NCBI GenBank assembly: GCA_963725865.1
Contig: CAVSAC010000010.1
Coordinates: 352,001 to 416,000 of the forward strand
Direction of reading: 5' to 3'
Source: Candidatus Eiseniibacteriota bacterium
GTDB taxonomy: Bacteria; Eisenbacteria; RBG-16-71-46
DNA length: 64,000 nt
Shown: positions 58,207-64,000 of the stretch, one piece after another
Position numbering within the stretch: position 1 is the stretch's first letter
Layout: every line of letters starts with the position of its first letter
Translations under genes and position numbers: made by a program
Notes under the pieces: model-generated
The model's input: only the letters and a program-made list of their open reading frames with translations
Told to the model about the DNA's origin: nothing
The model's database searches: none

Positions 58207-59478
58207 TCAGACCGATCGGGGCGCGATCGAGGGGGCCGGTTCGCGGCGGTACGCGCGCAGCGCGGGAGTGCGCCACGCGACCCAGCCGCTGGCGATCACG
58301 CAGCCGAGGCCGCCGCTCACCACCGAGACGAGCGCGCCCCACGCGTTCGCCACCAGGCCGGCCTCCAGCTCGCCGAGCTGGGGACCCCCCATGAAGAAGA
58401 TCATGTTGACGCTCGTCATCCGCCCGCGCATCGCGTCGGGGGTGGTGAGCTGACGGATGACGTTGCGGATGACCATGCTGACGGTGTCGGCCGCGCCGGT
58501 GAGCGCGAGGCACAGGAAAGTCAAAGCGAAGCTGCGCGAGAGCCCGAACACGACGGTGGCGAGTCCGTAGCCCAACACCGCCCACAGCATCGCCCGCCCA
58601 CGGCGATCGATGCGATCGAGCAGCGGCACCAGCGCCACGCTGGTCAGCAGCGCGCCGACCGACGGCGCGGCGGACAGCAGCCCGTAGCCCTGCGCGCCCA
58701 CGCGCAGGATGTCCTGCGCGAAGATCGGCAGCAACGCGGTGGCCGAGGCGAAGAACGTGGCGACGAAATCGAGCAGCATCGTGGAGCGGATCAGCGGGTT
58801 GCCGAACACGAATCGCAGTCCCTCGCGCGCGGCGTGCAGGCTGATGCCGTCGCTGCTCCCGGCCGGCCGCGGCGGGAGCTTCCGCATCCGCGCGAGCGCC
58901 GCGATCACGCACAGGAATGACGCCGCGTTGAGCGCGTACGCCCAGCCCACCCCGAATCCGCCGATCACCAGGCCACCGAGCGCCGGACCCAGCACCGCGG
59001 CGGTCTGGAACATGATCGTGTTGAGGCTGATCGCGTTCGGCAGGTGCTCGCGCGGCACCAGGCTCGGGATCAGGGACTGGCGCGCCGGCCCGTCGAATGC
59101 CCCGAACGCCGAGCTGACGGCCGCCAGCGCGTAGACCGGCCAGAGCGCGCGCACGCCGGCGAACGCGAGCCCCGCCAGCGCGCCCGCGGCGATCGCCATG
59201 CCGGCCTGGGTGACGAACATCAGGCGCCGGCGGTCGAGCGCGTCGGCGACCACCCCGCTCACCAGCGAGAACCCGATGATGGGCACGATGCGCACCAGCC
59301 CGACCATGCCGAGCGCGATGCCGCGGCGCCCGGGCGGCACCAGCAGGGAGACGTTCCAGAGGATGGCGGCGTTCTGCATCGTCGAGCCGGCCATCGACAC
59401 CAGCTGGCCGGCCCACAGCAGCCGGAAGTTGCGGTGCTGGAGCGCCGCGAATGGCGGCGGGCGATCCAGGTCAGGCAT
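58207..59478 (-). CDS. MFS transporter (MFS_3 / EntS-like H+ antiporter group)
   Basis: ALQHRNFRLLWAGQLVS, GVVADALDRRRLM, PARQSLIPSLV, TPDAMRGRM; about 12 TM. Confidence 0.92.
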   Translation of the reverse strand: MPDLDRPPPFAALQHRNFRLLWAGQLVSMAGSTMQNAAILWNVSLLVPPGRRGIALGMVGLVRIVPIIGFSLVSGVVADALDRRRLMFVTQAGMAIAAGALAGLAFAGVRALWPVYALAAVSSAFGAFDGPARQSLIPSLVPREHLPNAISLNTIMFQTAAVLGPALGGLVIGGFGVGWAYALNAASFLCVIAALARMRKLPPRPAGSSDGISLHAAREGLRFVFGNPLIRSTMLLDFVATFFASATALLPIFAQDILRVGAQGYGLLSAAPSVGALLTSVALVPLLDRIDRRGRAMLWAVLGYGLATVVFGLSRSFALTFLCLALTGAADTVSMVIRNVIRQLTTPDAMRGRMTSVNMIFFMGGPQLGELEAGLVANAWGALVSVVSGGLGCVIASGWVAWRTPALRAYRREPAPSIAPRSV

Positions 59479-59632
59479 GACGCGCGCTCCTCGTCACGGT
59501 GGTGGCGTGCGCGGCCGGGGATGAGGAACGCTCCCCCTCCGGCGCCGCGACCGACCCATCAGATCGGCCGGCGTCGCCGGAAGAGGAGCGTCTGGTACGG
59601 CTTCCTCCGGGCGCGTCACGCGCCCGGGCGGA

Positions 59633-60136
59633 TCACTGCCTCGCGATCGGCTGCGCGCTCGCGGTAATGGACGTGTGGTACATGCCCTTCATGTGGACGA
59701 ACGCGGCGAATGTCACCCCGGCCGGAGCCTGGGTCGGCGCGATCATCGACAGCGGGATGCTCATCGACAGCCGGCTGCCGTCATCGGAACCCGCAAAGCC
59801 GACCTCGGGGCCCCAGCTGAGCCCCTGCGGCTGGACCTTGCGGACCACGAAGCCGTCGGCATAGCGCGGCTCGACACCGTTCACCATGAACTCGGCACCG
59901 TTGTAGCCGGTGGACGGGTTGTTGTCCGCGTCGATGAAGACCTGGAACGACCAGCCGGAGTTGCCAAGGGTCAGCTTTCCATGATGGGTCACATTGACCT
60001 GCAGCTGATCACCGGCCACCTGGGCCGTTACGCCATCGACGGTGAAGGATTCTTCGATGCTACCGGGAAGGGTTCCACAACCGGCGTTCAAGAGACCCAG
60101 CGCGAGCACGGCGAGCAGCAGGATCGACTTCTTCAT
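59633..60136 (-). CDS. Hypothetical lipoprotein with IDADNNPSTG (DxDxN-type) loop
   Basis: GGAGG RBS, ATG 60136, lipobox NAGC; beta-rich sequence. Confidence 0.75.
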   Translation of the reverse strand: MKKSILLLAVLALGLLNAGCGTLPGSIEESFTVDGVTAQVAGDQLQVNVTHHGKLTLGNSGWSFQVFIDADNNPSTGYNGAEFMVNGVEPRYADGFVVRKVQPQGLSWGPEVGFAGSDDGSRLSMSIPLSMIAPTQAPAGVTFAAFVHMKGMYHTSITASAQPIARQ

Positions 60137-60312
60137 GCGTCCTCCATCCATGGGGCGACCGGGGAAGTCCGGAGCCAGCGCACGGTTCGACTTCTAGGGG
60201 AACAGGGCTCACTCCCTGAGAACGGGCGGCAGCCTACCCCATCCGGCCGAGAAAATCATCCCGGAAGCTCGCCCCCCATCCCAACCCGCCGCTCTGGCCT
60301 GCCGGCTGTCCC

Positions 60313-61095
60313 TCAGGCACTTGAGCGCTCGGCCACCAGGGCGTAGACGCGGTGCGCGGCCAGCACGGGCTCGGGATAGCGCGCCGCCAGCAGGGCGGCC
60401 AACTCCCGGTCGAAGGCTTCGACGCTGGCCGCCGGCAGGGTCAGCACTCCGTTGCAGACCCGGAATCGGCCCCGCCATCCGACATGGGAGAACGGCACGT
60501 CCACCACGGAGTCGAGCGTGGCCAGGTGCTGCAGGCCGGCCCCCGTGAGATCGGCCAGGAACTGCAGACTGCGGCCGTCCCCGCCGGCCATGTCCCAGTC
60601 CGGATGGTGGCGCAGCACGAGCGCCTCGGTCTCGGCTCCCAGGCTCCCCGGCTCGCACAGGTATGAGAACCCCGCGATCAGCGCGCGCCCGCCGGGCCGC
60701 AGTGCCCGCGCCACCTCGGCCGCGGCGCGCGGGCGGTCGAACCAGTGCCAGCACTGTCCCGCGCACACCACGTCGCACGACGCGTCGCGCACCGGGATCG
60801 ACTCCGCCCAGCCACGCGCCCACCCGACCGCCACGCCGGCGTCGCGGGCCAGTTGCGCGGCCGCCGCCAGCATCGCCGCCGAGGGATCGATGCCGATCGC
60901 GCGGCAGCCCCGCCGCGCGAATCCGCGCGCGAGGGTGCCGGTGCCGGTGCCGAGGTCGACTACCTGCTGGCCGGGCTCGCCGATCCCGTGCGCGCGCAGC
61001 TCTTCGAACAGCGACGCGGGGAAGCCGGGGCGGAAGCGCGCGTAGTCGTCCGCTCGCGCGCCGAAGTCGATGCGCGGTCCCGAATGCTCTGGCAT
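60313..61095 (-). CDS. Class I SAM-dependent methyltransferase
   Basis: FGARADDYARFRPGFP, VVDLGTGTG, GIDPSAAML, AGQCWHWFD, LRPGG. Confidence 0.92.
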   Translation of the reverse strand: MPEHSGPRIDFGARADDYARFRPGFPASLFEELRAHGIGEPGQQVVDLGTGTGTLARGFARRGCRAIGIDPSAAMLAAAAQLARDAGVAVGWARGWAESIPVRDASCDVVCAGQCWHWFDRPRAAAEVARALRPGGRALIAGFSYLCEPGSLGAETEALVLRHHPDWDMAGGDGRSLQFLADLTGAGLQHLATLDSVVDVPFSHVGWRGRFRVCNGVLTLPAASVEAFDRELAALLAARYPEPVLAAHRVYALVAERSSA

Positions 61096-61390
61096 GCGCC
61101 CAGCCTACCTTTGGGCGGCCGCGCGCGGCCAGTGCGACGGGCGGTGCGTGCCACCAACTCGGTGGGCGGGCGCCGGCGCGGCCGGGCGTGCTGGCGAGCG
61201 CCCGATCGCCCTCCACCCGCGCGCCACCCGCGGCGCCTGGCAGAGCGTCGGGTCGGGGGTCGCGTGACGGCGCGGCTTCCGCTTTGGCATACTGGCCGCG
61301 TCCCATGCGTCACTTCGGGAACGGTTCGCCGCGATCCCCCACCGACGAGACGATCGCCGCTCCCCCCGCACTCGGTGAGGAGGTCGGATC

Positions 61391-62521
61391 GTGATCATCG
61401 GAGTCCCGCGCGAGACCGAGCGTCTCGAGCATCGCGTCGGGCTGACCCCGTCGGCGGTCGCCCATCTGGTCCCCCTTGGACACCCGGTGCTGGTCGAGCG
61501 CAATGCCGGTTCGGACGCCCACTTCTCGGACGAGGACTACCGGCAGGCCGGCGCCGAGATCGTCTATTCCGCCGAGGAGGCCTACAAGCGCGCCGAGCTG
61601 GTGTGCCAGGTCGGCATGCTCCCGGCCGCCGCGCTCGAGCTGCTGCCGGGTGGCGCGCAGATCTGCGCGTTCCACCACCTGGCGGTCGCGCCGCGCGCCA
61701 CGATCGACCGGCTGATGGAGTTGGGGGCCACGCTGATCGGCTACGAGATCATCGCCGACCCCGAGGGCCAGCGCCCGGTGCTGCTGCCCATGAGCGACCT
61801 CGCTGGCCAGATGGCGATCCACACTGCCGCGCACCTGCTGCAGATCCAGTCCGGCGGCCGCGGCATCCTGCTCGGCAGCACGCCCGGCGTGCCGGCCGCG
61901 ACGGTGGTCATCCTCGGGGCCGGTGAGGTGGGTACGGTGGCCGCGCGCCACGCGATCGCGATCGGCGCCCACGTCATCGTGCTCGACGCCGACGCGCGCA
62001 AGCTCCAGGGCCTGTTCCGCGCCATCGGGGGCCGCGTGCAGACCTCGCTGATGGATCCCGCGCAGCTCGCCCGCTACGTGGCCATCGCCGACGTGGTGAT
62101 CGGCGCGGTGCTCATCCCGGGCGGCCGCGCGCCGTTCCTGGTGACCGAGACGATGGTGAAGGCGATGAAGCCGGGCAGCGTGATCGTGGACGTCTCCATC
62201 GACCAGGGCGGCTGCGTCGAGACCAGCCGGCCGACCACGCTCGATCACCCGACGTTCCGCGTGCACGACGTGGTGCACTACTGCGTCCCGAACATGACCT
62301 CCGACATCGCGCGCACCGCCTCGCGGGTGCTCTCCGACGCCGCGATGACCCACCTGCGGAGGATCGCGGACGGCGGCCTCGACCACGCGCTGCTCGGCGA
62401 CCCGGGACTCGCCGAGGGCGTGTACATGTACCGCGGCCAGCTGGTGCACGAGGCGGTGGCCGCGCTGGTGGGCGTCCGTCGCGAGTCGCTCGGGGCGCTG
62501 CTGGCGCGGAGGATGCACTGA
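61391..62521 (+). CDS. ald: Alanine dehydrogenase family protein (divergent active site)
   Basis: IGVPRE..EHRVGLTP, VERNAG, PMSDLAG, GGRGILLG, GAGEVG, GAVLIPG, DVSIDQGGCVETSRPTT, HYCVPNM. Confidence 0.85.
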   Translation: MIIGVPRETERLEHRVGLTPSAVAHLVPLGHPVLVERNAGSDAHFSDEDYRQAGAEIVYSAEEAYKRAELVCQVGMLPAAALELLPGGAQICAFHHLAVAPRATIDRLMELGATLIGYEIIADPEGQRPVLLPMSDLAGQMAIHTAAHLLQIQSGGRGILLGSTPGVPAATVVILGAGEVGTVAARHAIAIGAHVIVLDADARKLQGLFRAIGGRVQTSLMDPAQLARYVAIADVVIGAVLIPGGRAPFLVTETMVKAMKPGSVIVDVSIDQGGCVETSRPTTLDHPTFRVHDVVHYCVPNMTSDIARTASRVLSDAAMTHLRRIADGGLDHALLGDPGLAEGVYMYRGQLVHEAVAALVGVRRESLGALLARRMH

Positions 62522-63819
62522 TGTCCTGGCTCGACGACTATCGCGCCCGCCTCTGCTCGTCGGACGAGGCGGTGGCGAAGATCCAGAGTGGCGACCGGGT
62601 GTACTACAGTGGGAACGCGGCGGTGCCGCGGGCGCTGGTCGAGGCGCTCGCGCGCCGAGCTCCCCAGCTGCGCGACGTGAAGCTCGCCCACGTGCTGCTG
62701 CTCGGGGACGACCCGCTGTCGGCGCCCGGGATGGAGGCCCACTTCCGCCACCACTCGCTGTTCGTCGGCCCCGCCGACCGCGCCGCCGTGCACGAGGGCC
62801 GCGCGGACTACGTGCCCATCTTCCTGCACCAGATCCCGCGCCTGTTCGAGGAGCGTATCTTCCCGCTCGACGTCGCGATGGTGAGCGTCTCGCCGCCCGA
62901 CGCGCACGGATTCATGAGCCACGGCGTCGAGGTCGTCGCCTCCAAGGCGGCCTGCCGGCACGCCCGGCTCGTGATCGCGCAGGTCAACGACCGCATGCCG
63001 CGAGTGCTCGGCGACGCGTTCCTGCACGTGAGCCGGTGCGCGGCGATCGTCGAGCACAGTGCCGCGTTGCCGACGCTCGACGGCAAGGAGATCAGCGACG
63101 TGGAGCGCGCGATCGGCCGGCACGTCGTGGGACTGATCGAGGACGGCGCCACGATGCAGATGGGCATCGGCGGCATCCCCAACGCCGTGTACGAGTCGCT
63201 CGAAGGCCGGCGCGATCTCGGCATCCACACCGAGATGATCTCCGACGGCGCGATGCGCGCGATCGAGCGCGGCATCATCACCGGCAACGCGAAGAACCTC
63301 CACCCCGGCAAGGCCATCATCACGTTCGCGCTCGGCACCGAGGAGCTGTACCGCTTCCTCGACAACAACTCGATGATCGAGGCGCACCCGGCGGAGTACG
63401 TGAACGATCCGCGGATCGCGTCGCAGAACGACCGGCTGGTCGCGGTGAACTCGGCGATCGAGGTGGACCTCACGGGGCAGGTGTGCTCCGACTCGATCGG
63501 CACCTACATCTACTCGGGGTTCGGCGGCCAGGTCGACTTCATCCGGGCCGCCGCCTGGTCGAAGGGCGGCAAGCCGATCATCGCGCTGCCCTCCACCGCG
63601 AGGGGCGGCCAGGAGTCGCGCATCGCGCCCCTCCTCAAACCGGGCGCCGGCGTGGTGACGAGCCGCGCCGACGTGCATTACGTGATCACCGAGCACGGCG
63701 TCGCGAACCTGTTCGGCCGGACCCTGAGCGAACGCGCCGAGGCGCTGATCCGGATCGCCGCCCCCGAGTTCCGCGCCGAGCTCGAGGCCGCGGCCCGGGA
63801 GCGCAAGCTGCTCGTCTAG
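62521..63819 (+). CDS. Acetyl-CoA hydrolase/transferase family (4-hydroxybutyrate CoA-transferase-like)
   Basis: TGATG coupling to the upstream gene; QMGIGGIPNAV, LGIHTEMISDG, NSAIEVDLTGQVCSDSIG..SGFGGQVDF, VITEHG. Confidence 0.93.
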   Translation: MSWLDDYRARLCSSDEAVAKIQSGDRVYYSGNAAVPRALVEALARRAPQLRDVKLAHVLLLGDDPLSAPGMEAHFRHHSLFVGPADRAAVHEGRADYVPIFLHQIPRLFEERIFPLDVAMVSVSPPDAHGFMSHGVEVVASKAACRHARLVIAQVNDRMPRVLGDAFLHVSRCAAIVEHSAALPTLDGKEISDVERAIGRHVVGLIEDGATMQMGIGGIPNAVYESLEGRRDLGIHTEMISDGAMRAIERGIITGNAKNLHPGKAIITFALGTEELYRFLDNNSMIEAHPAEYVNDPRIASQNDRLVAVNSAIEVDLTGQVCSDSIGTYIYSGFGGQVDFIRAAAWSKGGKPIIALPSTARGGQESRIAPLLKPGAGVVTSRADVHYVITEHGVANLFGRTLSERAEALIRIAAPEFRAELEAAARERKLLV

Positions 63820-64000
63820 GCCGGGATCAGCTCGCGCGCGGACTCGTGCGGGCGGGGCCGGCGCCGGCGCGCGGGTCCAGACTCGTCGAGCGCCGCCGGA
63901 TTCACCACACTCCGGGCACCCAGCGATACGTGCCCGCCATGCGCGCGCGATGCGGCTCGCCGAGCGTGGCGAGCAGCACCCGATCCTCGCGCATCGCGCA

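Overview
High-GC bacterial chromosomal window of about 45 genes. I saw no rRNA, tRNA, CRISPR array, integrase or transposase. The dominant theme is secreted repeat proteins: nine genes (eight with a visible signal peptide, one cut by the window edge) end in a T9SS type-A-like / FlgD-Ig C-terminal sorting domain (CTD), and two orphan CTD relics lie in intergenic DNA. This pattern suggests an FCB-related lineage such as Ca. Eisenbacteria (inference only). The best candidate for an undescribed system is 36.7-52.6 kb. An ECF sigma factor whose sigma2.2 DAED motif reads DTTD overlaps a membrane Ser/Thr kinase-TPR gene. The pair is flanked by four large CTD-bearing adhesin-like genes, three of which carry the same exactly spaced upstream motif GYGTKC-N13-CGGACGTMA. 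This reads as a putative phosphorylation-activated sigma regulon for surface cargo. Other oddities: a soluble kinase-BRCT fusion, autotransporter-passenger-like proteins ending in a variant CTD, a mosaic triad of 55-aa-repeat paralogs, an alanine dehydrogenase homolog lacking Lys75/Glu76, and several gene relics. Six genes are broken by single extra bases, most likely assembly indels. The rest is envelope/stress, transport, c-di-GMP and metabolic genes. All family calls come from motif recognition, not database searches.
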